This document shows positions 13,625 through 27,922 of a DNA stretch of 64,000 bases, piece by piece (position 1 is the stretch's first letter; the number at the start of each line of letters is the position of its first letter). Below the pieces are notes generated by a model. That model had not been told where the DNA came from, made no database searches, and saw only the letters and a program-made list of their open reading frames with translations. The stretch comes from Octopus sinensis (Eukaryota), in the NCBI RefSeq assembly GCF_006345805.1, contig NC_043013.1, positions 30,256,001 through 30,320,000 on the forward strand. Reading direction: 5' to 3'. The position numbers and the translations under genes were made by a program.

Positions 13625-15349
13625 AAATTTCTCATTTCATTTGCAACATTTGTATTCACGTAATATAGGGTTGTAAAAGAATACACAAGGTAACTTATTC
13701 AGGCATGCAGCGATTTCTAAATACTATAGCTACACGGTATAGAAATGAATTATTTTTCAGTATCATAAACAACAACAATGACACAAATATCAACGCTTAC
13801 AAGCTCAAACATAAACATGCTAGAAAGCTGTTTTGAAAATAAGCATTTGAATGTTTTACAAACAACGCCAAATTTATACCGTATATTTAAATTACATTTT
13901 CGTTTCATATTTCGATTGATTTGATCTGAGATCATGTATTGAAACTAAAGCGATTGCAGCATGGGAGATTCATGTTATCTATTCAGAAGCATAAAAATAC
14001 TGTTAACCTTTCCAATCAGATTTACCAATATCAAAAAAGGACGATATCATTTGGTATCAAAATTTGTCTCCATGAACTGCGACCTGGCCATTGATCAGTA
14101 TTCCTTGCATTTACATGATGTATTGCAATCTTTACAGTTCAAGCGACGAAATATTTGTCTCGAAGAAACAAATAACGAATATTTTAGTGAAGTTAATAGC
14201 ATTTGTGTTTTTCAATGGCAAATATGTATTATCCACGCCTCAGTCGTTCAATTTTATGGATAATATTTAATTAATTTCTTTGACTACGTACAAAGATGAC
14301 ATAGAAAAATATGGAGTGAATTTAATTCAATGAAGTTTAATATATGCTTGATTTATTCAGTCGAAATTATGCATTTAGAATAACACTATTATAGATCCCA
14401 TATTGTGAAGAAATGTTGACGCGGATGTATGAGACTATTTTAACTGCTAGGGTTAACTACTGTGCAAGCGAAAGAAGGAAATAATTCCTATCTGATATTG
14501 TAATTCAGTTTTAGTCTCAGTTTCTTGAATGCTTTCTTCTTCCATCCAAGATTAAGATCTACGAAGAAACAAATTATTCATTTCTTTTCGTCTCGTCCCA
14601 AATGAAATGCATTGTCACAAATGATGTACGGAAACTGGTATCTATGACTGAAACGACTTCAATAAAAGTTTGATAATTATTTCCTTCTAACACGTTACAA
14701 TTCTATGTTTGTAGAGAATATCTAGTTTATCATGGTATATCGTTAGTACTTAATTTAATAATTCAACAAATTTGAAATGGAAGTGGGCTTGATGAAAGAA
14801 AGAAATACTTTGTACAACATATTTCCTAATTCCTCAAGTAATTATGTCATACGCTAATGAATGGATTAAATCTAGATGAAGTTAAACTAAATTAATTACC
14901 CATGAGAAAAAATGTTAAACATCATGACTGACAAGGTAATTGAAGTGATCAATTCTATAAAAATTGTAATAAATATTTAATTAGACCCAATTTTAATCAA
15001 TTTGCATATATAACTTGAACTTTCAGTCGGAGGTAAATAACATAGATTATTGTACCTTTCAAATACGACATTTCAAAAATATCAATGTATTTTATATCAT
15101 ATTCTGTGTACAACATTATTGCGATGATTTAGGTAGCGGTGGAACAGCAGAGTTGATGTCCACTTTTCCGAACATAGTTTACCCTTCGTAAAAATAACCT
15201 CTGGGCCATAGTGACGCGAATGCATGCAAAAGAACGGAACTCAAATCCTAATAAAGGCGAACGCGCAGCATCACATTTGCTGTTAGTCCCATTGATCCAT
15301 CAAACTATTTCAAGTTTTAGATTGACCGACATTCAAAGCAAAATTACAC

Positions 15350-15675
15350 TGGAGTCGAAGATACCCTTCGGTCACGAATGACCAGGGGATTGCAGCGAGA
15401 AATTATCCTCCCAGGCACAAGTCCAGGCAAGTTTGTTTATGGAAGACCAGCAGTCGCTCATGCATACCAGCCTAACCTCTCCACGCGACCAATGTTATCC
15501 AAGGGAAAGGCAAAGGCCGATACAGCTTGGCATCAGTGACGTCGTAACTCATTTCTACAGCTGAGTGAAGTGGAGCAACATGAAATAAAGAACACAACAC
15601 GAGCCTGTCCGGGATTCGAAATCAAAAATTCACGGTCGTAAGCTCGACGCTCTAACAACTGATCCATGGGCCTTC
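15350..15675 (-). mobile_element. tRNA-derived SINE related to family C
   Basis: Shares the ctcatttctacagctgagtg..gagcaac domain with 40060-40110 and its 3' part with 58200-58380. Confidence 0.65.
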
Positions 15676-16262
15676 ACACACTGGACTAATGCTTATAAAA
15701 CTGTTGATTTCACTGACAGTATTTTTCTATATAATTAGAAATTGTTAGTCGCTCTGCGCACTTTCTTCTGGGGTCATTGTATCGATACTCAGGATAAAAT
15801 ACTTAAGTAACAAAACTCCTTTGCTATCCTTTCGAATCTGGGAAGTGATGTCATCTGACGTACCTAGCTACTAAGCTTTCTGTATAATCTCGTTGTATAT
15901 TGTATTGCTCTTCTTTTCTTATTCATAATGTATCACATGGACATTGTCCATATATAAATATCGTTAACATCTTGCAGTAACACGCATTGATCTTTATTTA
16001 GAGAAATAATGAACACCCGTACAGTTATCCCTCCTACTTCACCTGACACCTCCATCCAGGTCGACTCACATACACCTCCCTTTAACGCTCACATACGTCA
16101 GATTTCCACACGCACACACAGACACATGTGCCCTTACACACATATGCACAAACAGAATATTCACACATATATCAGCTTCATATTTATACACTTTATCCAA
16201 CATCCCATATACACACATCAACTAAAAACAGAGACTAGCACACTAGCTAGCATACACACACA

Positions 16263-16330
<68 letters not shown>

Positions 16331-17499
16331 ACACAGAGGAATGACACAAGAACACACGCTACTCGCACAAACATTAGTCGTTGCACGCGCGCTTGCATCG
16401 AACAGGCTGACACACGCGCATACGCTAGACTATCTCACACATGTACAACGCCCACACACGCAAACATGAGCCTATAACTACACGTAGCACACACACACAT
16501 ATCGCTCCACACACGCACATGTACTTGTTCACTCACATACAAGCAGGCATATAAACACAACCCTTCCTATACACACATACACACGCGCTCTCTCATACAC
16601 ATGAACATTATTCTCATTCTTGCTACCCATGTTTCTGGGCATATCCTTCCGGTTAATTTAACATGTACAACTGATTATCCAACTAGTCTTTCCCTTTATT
16701 TTCTCCTCTCTCCGTCATTTTCTTCTACACATTATCACCAATATCAAGAATATTATTTCAATAAACACCCTAATTGATACAGCCATATGTAACTGATTCG
16801 TTGCCATCTATTGTGAAATTCTACTTTTCATATTTACTTATCGCACAAGATGACATAAGCTAAGCAAAGTGAAATCTTATTTTCAGTGCTTGACCAGATC
16901 TTCTTGCAAGGTCTTCGTAACAAAGAAGTCGCATTGAGTAGACAGATACAAATCTGAATACATATTAAAAATTGCGTTATGTCCAGTTTCGCTACAGCAA
17001 ACAAATAGTTATATTTACTAACTCAACAGGTATCAACACTCCACTGTTTTGGGATATAATATAACTTTATTTACAGTAATTCTACATAAGCTACACGTCA
17101 TATATAAGCTTTAGATCACAAGGAAGCGAAACCGTCAGAAGCAGTGCATTTATATGCCCTCAGAGTAGAAATTAATATTAAATACATTATATGAAATAAA
17201 TGTTTTACAGTAAACATACGTCTATATTCCCCTCACATAAAAGCTTGTATCTTAGAATGAATCAAATATTCTGATATATATTAAGAATTTGGCGTATGCA
17301 TTACCTTTCACATATTAGTTCAGTTCAACTTGGCTACAACTAACATGCCAAAAATAAATAACCTATATATGAAGATCTAATGAAATATACAAATCTTTCT
17401 GAGGCATAAAACTGAATACCATTTCAAGTGCAATTCATATCTGATATTTTTTTCGCTTCACAAGCCTTTACACCAAAAATAACGCACAAATTGGCTTAC

Positions 17500-17518
17500 C
17501 TTCCGGAACATTCGCCAT
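17500..17518 (-). other. Candidate first coding exon end (MANVPE plus donor)
   Basis: Minus strand: aagATGGCGAATGTTCCGGAAG | gtaagc. Signal-based only. Confidence 0.2.
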
Positions 17519-17815
17519 CTTAGTCTTTCCCAACTGTCTCATCTTCTGTCTCATGATTTCCCCCCGCCTCTCTTCCTTACTTTTGCTCTTTCCCCATATA
17601 TATTTATGAATATATATATATGTGTGTGTGTGCTTGTGTGCGTGTGTGTACACAAACACAAACGCACATACGTATGCACACACATAATTATATTTTAAAG
17701 AATAATGCAAAAAACATTCTAATTATCGTTATAACAACTAGAAGTGCGTTTTAGTGTGTGTATATATCTATGTATTATGAACCTGTCTATACATCTATTT
17801 ATCTATCTATTTATG

Positions 17816-17867
<52 letters not shown>

Positions 17868-18831
17868 TTGTGTGTATAGGCATCCTGTCAACAGGTGTGC
17901 GTGGATCCCACAGGTTAAGAGACTATCAAAAAGAAATCTGGAACATCTATTTTCTAAGAATATGTTTGACGTGTGGTAAAAGTATATAAAAAATCAGCGG
18001 AAAGAAGCGCTGCATGTTGAATTAAGATCAGAGTAAGATAAGTATATATTTAAAGAAACTTAAATCAAAAATGAAATAAAGAAAATAATTTCTCGTAACA
18101 TATTAGAACTTACTCCAGAGAAAAATGAAGGTGACAGGCTATTTATTATTTATTAGCATAGAGGCGGGTTGATGAAATAAGGAATCTGGAATAGTCGGAA
18201 AATTCTGATAACATTGTGTAGAAATTATTATGTTGTACAACTATAGCCACAGAAGATATATATTCAAAAACGAATATAAATAAATTGAAAATTATAAAAA
18301 TAAAATATTACAATATCGATATAATAATGTTAGTAAAGAAATGTTATACACGGAGGCATGTTACAGTAGTGTGAAATTGGGGTCGTCCATTTAGGGGTAG
18401 ACCAGGGTTTTAAAGATTCTTGCAGTTCCAAGAAAATAATCTTTTGAAAGTCTCTTGACTGGAGTGATCTAGGATTCTAAAGATTCAAATCCTCTCCTAA
18501 ACAGAGTTCATGCGTATACTTAAATCCATTTCAACGTAGTGAATATCCTTAATTTTAGATACAGTATGGTATATATTTTCTTATGAGCCACCAAATGTGA
18601 TTCAAGGTGAAAAAAAATGACAAACTGAATTCTTCTGGAGTCATGTATCCTAATTGCACCTCACTTAAAAATTGCTTCCAGTGAAACTAATGCAATTCAT
18701 GTCAAAGTTTGCAGTAATGGCTTCATTAGTAAACTTGCAACTGCCTCACTTTCTTCTCCGTCTTCTCTCCTGTCTGTCACACCATATAATCGCTCACGTT
18801 CTTAATAGGATGCATTGCCGAATCCTTTCTG

Positions 18832-18863
<32 letters not shown>

Positions 18864-18884
18864 ACACACACACACAACACACAC

Positions 18885-18953
<69 letters not shown>

Positions 18954-19110
18954 AGTGATGGACTAACGAAAGTACAGGGCACTCAGCGCATTTGATAGGA
19001 GTGACGTATTATTTAAAGCAGTTTGATATGGTTTCCATGCTACGTCAACTTTTGCAGGCCCCTAACTGGGGTTCGTGTCCTTCAGGTGCATATATATATA
19101 TATATATAAA

Positions 19111-19431
19111 AAGTATAGGAAAGAATGGAGCTGAACGAAGATTTAACAAAGTTCCTTTATTTTATTTTCGACATATGTTTCGAAGTCTGCAAAATCCCTA
19201 ATTCCGAATGAATAAGGAGTCCATTATGCAGCTTTCTCTTCAGGAAAAACCAGGAACTTAATTCTCCAACAAAATGCACAACAAGTTCCTGGTTTTTCCT
19301 GAAGAGAAAGCTGCATAATGGACTCCTTATTCATTCGGAATTAGGGATTTTGCAGACTTCGAAACATATGTCGAAAATAAAATAAAGGAACTTTGTTAAA
19401 TCTTCGTTCAGCTCCATTCTTTCCTATACTT
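19111..19431. mobile_element. Fold-back element: 149-bp inverted arms (19111-19259, 19283-19431) with a 23-bp spacer and a hammerhead motif on each strand
   Basis: The arms read as exact reverse complements by eye. The left end abuts (TA)n. Confidence 0.9.
19294..19377 (+). ncRNA. Type I hammerhead ribozyme motif (mirror copy at 19165-19248 on -)
   Basis: ttttc CTGAAGA gaa..ctgca-loop-tgcag..ttc GAAAC atat GTC gaaaa. The core is complete, stem I is 5 bp, and stem III is minimal and palindromic. Predicted cut after 19372. Confidence 0.85.
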
Positions 19432-19598
19432 AATATATTAAATTAAACTTCAAATTTCCGCACTAAGGCACGATTTTTATGCCCTATAGTCGTAACTTCA
19501 ACCGTGCTTTTTATGTTGTGAGTTTGCTACCCAGGTATCGGTTATCTTTCGAATTATCCGTAATAAGATAATTCATTTGTCTACTTAAATATATATAT

Positions 19599-19630
<32 letters not shown>

Positions 19631-19989
19631 ATATATATATGCTGATGATGGTTCTTTCTCTGTGTTTACTTGTCCTGTTCTCCTTTTTTCTCGTTGTCTC
19701 CATATTTAACGCGATTGTTTAAATATTCCTGATATTCGCACCCTTGTTTACGCCTTGTTCCATATATGCGTGTACATACATACATGCATACATACATACA
19801 TACACATTTATATATATATATATATTATATATATTATATATATATATGTATATATGTATACATGCATTAGATTTGCAAAATACCACGACGTCTTAAAGCT
19901 GTAGATAGATGTGAAGATTATCTCATTAGTTAAAAATGTCATATGCGATCATAGATCTAACTAATTCCAACACAAATTGCAAATATTTC

Positions 19990-20640
19990 ATGAGCCTTTT
20001 CAGAAATCTACAAACATGCTTTTAAATGCATATAAACTGTTTATGAGGGAGATAATCATACATATTACAAACTGCTAGTCAATGACATAAACACAATGTA
20101 ATACAACGAATCCTACATGATCCTATATGATTTAATCAAAATTGAAGCAGAAAACGTAACTATGAAACCAAAATCAATTGTAGAGTAGAATGTTTTACTC
20201 CATGAAAATCTTTTGTAACACTCATTCTACAAAGACAATTTTGCTCAAAGCCGTTGATGTACATTCATAAATCCTACGGGAGGCAAAATAGTTTGCATTA
20301 TCAAAAATCTGTACTAGACAAGTATGTACGACGCATCAGAGCCTCCTCAAACCTTACTCAATTAATATTTTTGCAGTGCAAACATTACACAGTTGAAAGT
20401 AAGCTGAAATGCAAATTCATCCAGTTCGACATCGTGAAGTTTTACCATTCGATCTCCAAAAACCTGCTCCCAAATTATCCCTCATTAATATTGATTATAG
20501 TCATTATGATGAATGAAAGGAAGACTGTACCTTTTCATGATAATTCGTACTGAGTGAAAAAATATGGGATGAGTCATTTGATGTCGCTATGGAGAGATGT
20601 GATTCAGTACAGTCAACATATATAGGTCGGCTTTTACATC
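19990..20640 (+). pseudogene. Highly decayed Penelope-like RT fragment, same type as the 29-31 kb element
   Basis: KCKFIQFDIVKFYHSISKNLL and SFDVAM align to FTQFDIIDFYPSISRTLL and LFDVPM of the 29-31 kb element. An upstream FINPTGGKI-like segment aligns to INPAKTEIG. Boundaries are approximate. Confidence 0.7.
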
Positions 20641-21430
20641 CTAGATAACCCCAAAAGGAGCTAAAAGAAGTCTGCATGTCATCTGCGAATCGAAAGTTTG
20701 TTAGTCGTTCGCCATTGAAAACCAGCTTTTTTAACCTATGACCTTGGTGATCATTTATGGACATGCAGTAAAGAGCTTTGGAGAGATAACATCTCCTTGC
20801 TTACCCACCCCCAATTGGAACTCTTACTGGTGGTGCATCCAGAGTTCACATCTCTGAGCGGTTTCATACATTTAGTCTCAACACTTCGTATTTCTAGAGA
20901 TTTCAACACCGGAGGCCTTTTCATCATCAACGGAAGTAATACACAGAAGAAACGTGTATCCGTTCGCTCGTTCTATGAACTGTGCTAGAGTGACTATGTA
21001 ATGTATGGTTCTTACTAAAGTTCTTACGGACATCTGCTCGCTCTGTTGTTTGCTGGTCATCAAGGTGTTTTGGTAGTGTGGTGACTATGACCTTTGTAAC
21101 CATCTTAAGGGAGAAGACATGAAGCATATGGGGTGATAATTTTTTAGATCTTCTTTATCACTCTTCTGAAGCAGGATGTTAGTTGACTCTTTCCACAGTA
21201 AGGGTGCTTTACCCTCCTTTATGATAGCGATTTAAGCTTAGAACGCTTTTCATATCCGCATCTTAATATCTTTGTCGTGATGCCATCTTCTCCAGGAGCT
21301 TTGTCTATTTTCATCAGTTTGAGGGCATTTTCACTATCACTGATGAGAATAGGTATCGCAAAGAGTGATCCGATTAACATACAGGATACTGAGGCACACT
21401 GCCTCTAATTTTTCCCGACATCCTACTTCA
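20640..21430 (-). pseudogene. Decayed RTE-clade LINE reverse transcriptase fragment
   Basis: Minus-strand translation gives ALKLMKIDKAPGEDGITTKIL, LDDQQ, FIERANGYTFLLCITSVDDEKA and NGERLTNFRFADD. Boundaries are approximate. Confidence 0.75.
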
Positions 21431-21589
21431 GTACATCATAGTAGTGCAACAGTGGCAATATTTATCCGGTAGCTATAGTAGCAGGACGTATATTCTGGCA
21501 CCAACCAAGCTACACATGTACGGGACAACGGACCCGACGGAAGGTCTACTTCGTGGAAGCGAGCGCATATTCTATTTGCTAGTTTGTTC

Positions 21590-21885
21590 CTTCTCGAGCC
21601 ATGCCTGGCTCATAAGGGCCGGTTCCCCGGTTTCTTGGCGTATAGGTTCCCCACCTGGACGGGACGCCGGTCCATCGCAGGTGAGCTGCAAGATGCAGTA
21701 GGAAAGAGTGAGAGAAAGTTGAGGCGAAAGAGTCAGCAGAAGTTTCACCATTACCATCTACCGCAGCCGTGTGGAGCTTAGGTGTTTCGCTCATAAACAC
21801 ACAAATCGTCCGGTCTGAGATTCGAACCCTCGATCCCTTGACCGCGAGTCCGCTGCTCTAACCACTAGGCCATGTGCTTCCACTA
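21590..21885 (-). mobile_element. tRNA-derived SINE
   Basis: Minus-strand head ggcctagtggttagagcagcggactcgcggtcaagggatcgagggttcgaatctc has clear A and B boxes. Confidence 0.7.
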
Positions 21886-23821
21886 TTTGCTAGTTGGAAG
21901 CTAGCTATACCGAAAGAGTAATAAATGGCCTACATTTGGTCCTTTTTTTATGGCTTCTGGTATATTTTCGTCACCAACCGAAGATACAGCGCTGTATACA
22001 CTATATAAATTGTTCTGGTTTTATTTTGACCTACGTTTAATATTATTTTTGGGTGTAGAACTTCAAATGCCTAGAATCTATTAACAAAATTCGAGTGAAA
22101 TTACACAGCTATATCTTACGTATATAATCCCTTAGTGGATATGAATGACCAGTTTATCGACGCTTTTTAAATGGAAAAATATAATCTTTCTCCTGCAGCT
22201 CGAGAATTTACGAAAATTTGAGATAAGAGAATTGCGGTAAAATTACATTTGCGTATATATTGTTATCGTTCACCGTCAAAATTGAAATTCTTCGTCGATC
22301 TACAATCATGTAAATTTTTTTGTTTATTGATATTTGTAAAACCAATGATGTTAGTGAATGACAAACAAAATTGAAAAACACTTACATACGTCTTTTTTTT
22401 TTCCATATTGTTTAGATATTTCCATAGGGACTCACAGTATCTAATATAATATACAGATATGTTGCAGAAATAAAGCCCAACACCGCATAAAAATTAAAAT
22501 TAACTTTTATGCACTATACATGAGAATTTAAAATATTGCCAAGAATTTGAGGAAGTGAGTTGTTGTCACATGAGTTCGTAAATGGGGAGGTTATATAGTG
22601 TACACTTTTACATGGAAACAGGCGGATTAACAGAAAACTACAAGTAGGGATTAATAGAAAAATACAAGTAACCCAAAGTCACAGAATTTCGTGCATTGAC
22701 ACTTATGAAACGCACGAAACGCCCAAACCTTGAGTCACTCTGACACTTTTGCTAAATATTTATTAAGCATATACGTATTTTCATATTTCGAGTTCTATTT
22801 ATCCTGTTTGCCTCAACATACCTGTCTATATACGTGCATACACACATACATACATACATACATACATATATACATAGATACATACATACATACATACATG
22901 GTGGATGCCCCGTCGTTATCGAGTATGGCCATTGCACGAAGCGTAACTGTTATTGGTGCTGTGATCGAATGTAAGGCTACAGCCAGCTATTCAGTTGAGA
23001 CTCACAGCACTGTCAACGATCATGAACAATGTTGCTATCGTGCCATAATCTGAAAAGAAGAATAAGTCAACATCATCGGTAACCACTGAGCTGCAGGTTT
23101 TATGTCGGAGTTATCCCAGTTACCTGTGTTACCTTCTCCTAGAAGGATGCCCTAACAAAGGCTATGAGTCCTTCACTCCCAATGGTTTAACCCGCGATGG
23201 GGTATTCAGTCCGATTATTTCTATGTCCCCGCGCATGATACAGCCTTAAGCCTTAAAAAAAAAGACAAATTTATTGGATGGCCGTTGACTCTCAAGAGTT
23301 CCTCCGCCCTTTGACGGGTTTTGTTTTTCATCCCGCAGGGTGTCCAATAAACACCCTCCTCACCAAGCAAGCTTGGTGGGGTTGCCGGTTTTGTCGCCGA
23401 CGGCTCGACCATGCAACAGGTTGTACTGGGTTACATGTTACCAGTAGCAATCGAAAGTGACCTGACATACATACATATATACATACATACTTACATACAT
23501 ACATACATGCATATATGTGTGTGTATCTGCGTGTGTATGCGCGCACGCGTGTGTGTGATGGCTCGGCGTAATGGGCGACACCCTTTTCAGCTATTTTTAA
23601 CCATTTGAAGGTATTTTGTTCGTATATTTTGTCAACACTTTTGTGTCTAATTGTTCTTTTGTATGAAACAATTGTCCAGTTTATCCACCTCAGTTCTCCA
23701 TTCTCCAACATCTCATCTATGCCTTTTGTCTAAGTTTCCACACACTCTTTATTCTGTACATAAATTATAGATTGTTCTTTGTCTTTTATAGCCTTTACGT
23801 ATATTCTATCACTTCTCTTTT

Positions 23822-24198
23822 ATCTTTTACTTGTTTCAGGCATTTGAGTGCGGCCATTTTGCGACATCCCGTTGAATAGTTTTAGTTGAACTAATCGACT
23901 CCAGGACTTATTTATTTAAAGCTGGGTATTTATTCTGTACGGTTCTTTTGCTGAACTGCTAAGTTACGAGGGCGTATATATATAAACACCAGTCGGTTGT
24001 TGAACGGGGGTGGAATACAAACACAGACACCCATAAATGTATTTGGCAGGCGTCTTTTAGTTTTCGTATACCGAATCTACTCACAAGCCTTTGATTGAAC
24101 TGAGGCTATAATATAAGACACTTGCAGAAGGTGTTATGCAGTAGTCCTGAACTCTGAACCTTGTGGTTGGCAAGCAAGCTTCTTACCACACGGCCATA
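23822..24198 (-). mobile_element. SINE family A, diverged
   Basis: Colinear similarity to 61149-61543. Confidence 0.7.
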
Positions 24199-25091
24199 CG
24201 CTTATATCTTTACAGCATATTGCTCTTAGTATTTCATGAAACCTTCATTTCATATTACACAGCTCACGTACTCCCTCTAACAACCATTTTTCCTCTTTCA
24301 CATCCACTTCGTTTTGTTAAAAAACCCTCCATTCTTTCATTAGTTTACTTTCACTAAAACCGTCCCACGTACAAATTTATTATTTTCATACACTTGTTTC
24401 TTCTTTTTCATATTTACCATTATATTTTCGGCTCACTCCATCTTGGTCCCTAATTGCTAAATTGGTTAAATGATTTCCCTGAAATAGTTCTTAGCAGCAG
24501 AAATTACTAGCAACATTCTTTCAGAAAACTGTACTCTTTTATATACCATTATTTCAGTAGATATTATTTTTTTTTTTGTTATTTGTTAATTTTCTCAACG
24601 ATCATTCTGCTTATCCAAAAGGCTTCCTCAGATTTGAAACCTGACAACCTCTGTCCCTTGAAGATTTAATTTTTATTTGATTAGAAGCCAACTGATTCAC
24701 CCTGCATTATTTACAGCCATTGTATCCTTCGAACAGTTCATTGCTATTTGATGATAGGTAATGTGATACTCGGAATAAGGGTTTAACAAGTTCTTCTGCT
24801 TCAATAATTCTCTATAATTTCTTTTATCCATATTATTCTAATGCTATTTTCTTCTACGTCCTTTGCACGTATATGTTCCTACTGACGCACACGCTAATAC
24901 ACACGTGCGCGCACACACTCACACACACACATATATGCGATGTTCTGCGCGCGTGTGGGTGTACGTACGTATATGTATTTTTGCGTACCTACATATATGC
25001 ACGCATATTTACATACGCATGCAGGCATATATGCACAGACACATACACACATACACAAACACACACAAGCATGTATATTAGTATGTATGCA

Positions 25092-25094
<3 letters not shown>

Positions 25095-25157
<63 letters not shown>

Positions 25158-25271
25158 CTATCTATCTATCTATCTATCATCTATCTATCTCTCTCTCTAT
25201 CTATCTATCTATCTATCTACCTATCTATCTATCTATCTACTATCTATCTATCTACCTATCTATCTATCTAC

Positions 25272-25367
<96 letters not shown>

Positions 25368-25392
25368 ATCTATCTATCTATCCATCTCTCTC

Positions 25393-25428
<36 letters not shown>

Positions 25429-25500
25429 CCTACTTACCTGTCTATTTATATACCTATTTCTCTCTCTCCCTTTATCTATTTATCTACCTATCTATCATTG
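25095..25500. repeat. (CTAT)n microsatellite
   Basis: Direct inspection. Explains the YLSI ORFs. Confidence 0.95.
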
Positions 25501-26309
25501 TGTGTGTACGCGTGTATGTGTCTTTCTCTCTGTCTGTCTATCACATATATATTTAACTGCACATATGTATGTTTGCGTAAGTACGCACAGGAAATTGCCT
25601 ACAGGATCAGAGTATGCTTAGCGGTTTAATATACTTAGGCAAATTATTTGATATGGAATAGGCAGAAACCCCAGCTGACAAATATTTCGCGCGCACACTA
25701 ACACCCTCATACATACATAAATACAAACATACACAGATATGTGTGTATATGTGGCTATCTATATATGGGTATATGTGTTAGTCTATGTGTGTGTATGTAA
25801 ACGTATCACGCACAAGTAATCCAGACTGCACGAAATGATTTGTTAGAAAACATAATACATTTAGAGATAATCGTGTATTCTCACATTTTCTATGGTGTAG
25901 CGTACAAGAAAAATATTTGCATGAATCTCTTTCAACAATAGATATCAGAACAATTTAGTTTCCTTAGTGAATAATGTTTGTTCGGTGTTCGAGAAGAAAA
26001 CATTTTCATGACATAAAGTAGAATGTATAGTGTTATGAATAGCTCGTTGGCTAAGAACCTTTCAACGATGTGTAGCCTGCTTAGAATGCTTCAGGCTTTA
26101 ACTAGACTCTTAAAACATTGAAAACTAAGACTTGAGTAGACAAGTAATTTTAATGAATGCGTAGTATGGGTTACGTGGTTCACTAATAATAGGAATGGGT
26201 AGTGTGGGAATATAGTGTTTAGAATTTGATAACTTCTGTCAAACCGAATCGCCTGGCTGTTCGTAAAGGTATCAATATTTCAAGTTCCTCTCATCATTTC
26301 CTATCTAAG

Positions 26310-26310
26310 A

Positions 26311-26365
<55 letters not shown>

Positions 26366-26460
26366 GATAGATCTATCTGTCTGTCTGTCTGTCTGTCTGT
26401 CTAACTATCTATCTATCTATCGATAGATCTATCTGTCTGTCTGTCTGTCTGTCTGTCTAA

Positions 26461-26548
<88 letters not shown>

Positions 26549-26575
26549 CTTTATGTCTGTCTGCCTGTCTGCCTG

Positions 26576-26625
<50 letters not shown>

Positions 26626-26650
26626 GATCTATCTGTCTGTCTGTCTGTCT
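26310..26650. repeat. (CTAT)n/(CTGT)n compound microsatellite
   Basis: Direct inspection. Confidence 0.95.
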
Positions 26651-27047
26651 AAACTCTCTGTTCGTATATATTAATATTACTATATACGTATATGTTAATA
26701 TTACTAAATGTATGAGCTCACAGACACAACAAAAGTATGTGCAGTTACATCAGTTACATTGTATGAAGGAAATATATATATATTTATATATAGAGAGAGA
26801 GAGAGGAGAGATAGCGAGAGAAAGAGACAGATATTAAATGTATAAATGAGCGTGCCCATGAGCGTGTAAATTAAACCTATATAATGCTAACATTTTGGCC
26901 TTATTTCAAAAATTGTGACGAAACAAATGTTATAAAATTGTTTATAATCGTGTAGGGAATAAAATCGGAAAGTATCTTCCGAACTGTTCACTGTTAATAT
27001 ATTTCTATCTGATGCTGCACATCTTTTACCAACTGAACACTGCTATT

Positions 27048-27204
<157 letters not shown>

Positions 27205-27575
27205 TAGGTGCAGGAGTGGCCGTGTGTTAAGTAGCTTGCTTACCTACCACATGGTTCCGGGTTCAGTCGCGCTGCGTGGCACCTTGGGCAAATGTCTTCT
27301 ACTATAGCCTTGGGCCAACCAAAGCTTTGTGAGTGGATTTGGTAGACGGAAACTGAAAGAAGCCCGTTGTATATATGTAAATATACATATATATATGTGT
27401 GTGTGTGTGTGTGCTTGTGTGTCTACGTTTGTCCCCCCAACATCGATTGACAACCGATGCTGTCCCCGTAACTTAGCGGTTCGGCCAAAGAGGCCGATAC
27501 AAAGAATAAGTCCTGGGGTCCATTTGCTCGACTAAAGGCGATGCTCCAGCAAGGCCGCAGTCAAATGACTGAAAA
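27205..27575 (+). mobile_element. tRNA-derived SINE family A, near full length
   Basis: A/B-box-like head, CORE-like ccttgggcaa, internal (TA)/(TG) tract and a shared 3' body seen in multiple copies. Confidence 0.8.
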
Positions 27576-27709
27576 AAATTAAAAGAGAGTATATATATAT
27601 CATATAACAGAACGTAAAAGTCATTTTTTGTCCTGATCATTACTCTTTTATTATAGATTTTACAAATCTATTATCTGCTTACAAATCTAAAGGAGAGATA
27701 TATTGGTTT

Positions 27710-27922
27710 CAAATTTTAGAATAAGACCAGCAATTTCGAGGCAGGAGCTAAGCTAAGCCTATTGCATCGACCACAGTGTTCAACTGATGCTTATTTTAGC
27801 GAGCTGGAAAGGATGAAAGGCAAAGTCGACCTCGGCGGAATTTGAACTCAGAACTTAAAGACTGATGAAATGCCACTAAGCATTTTGTCCAACCTGCTAG
27901 CGATTCTGCCAGCTCACCGCCT
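27710..27922 (-). mobile_element. SINE family B
   Basis: Aligns to 60600-60797. Confidence 0.75.

Noticed and set aside
22890-23465. GC-richer blocks resembling repeat or LINE UTR sequence
   Set aside because: No second copy in the window and no diagnostic motif, so family unassignable.
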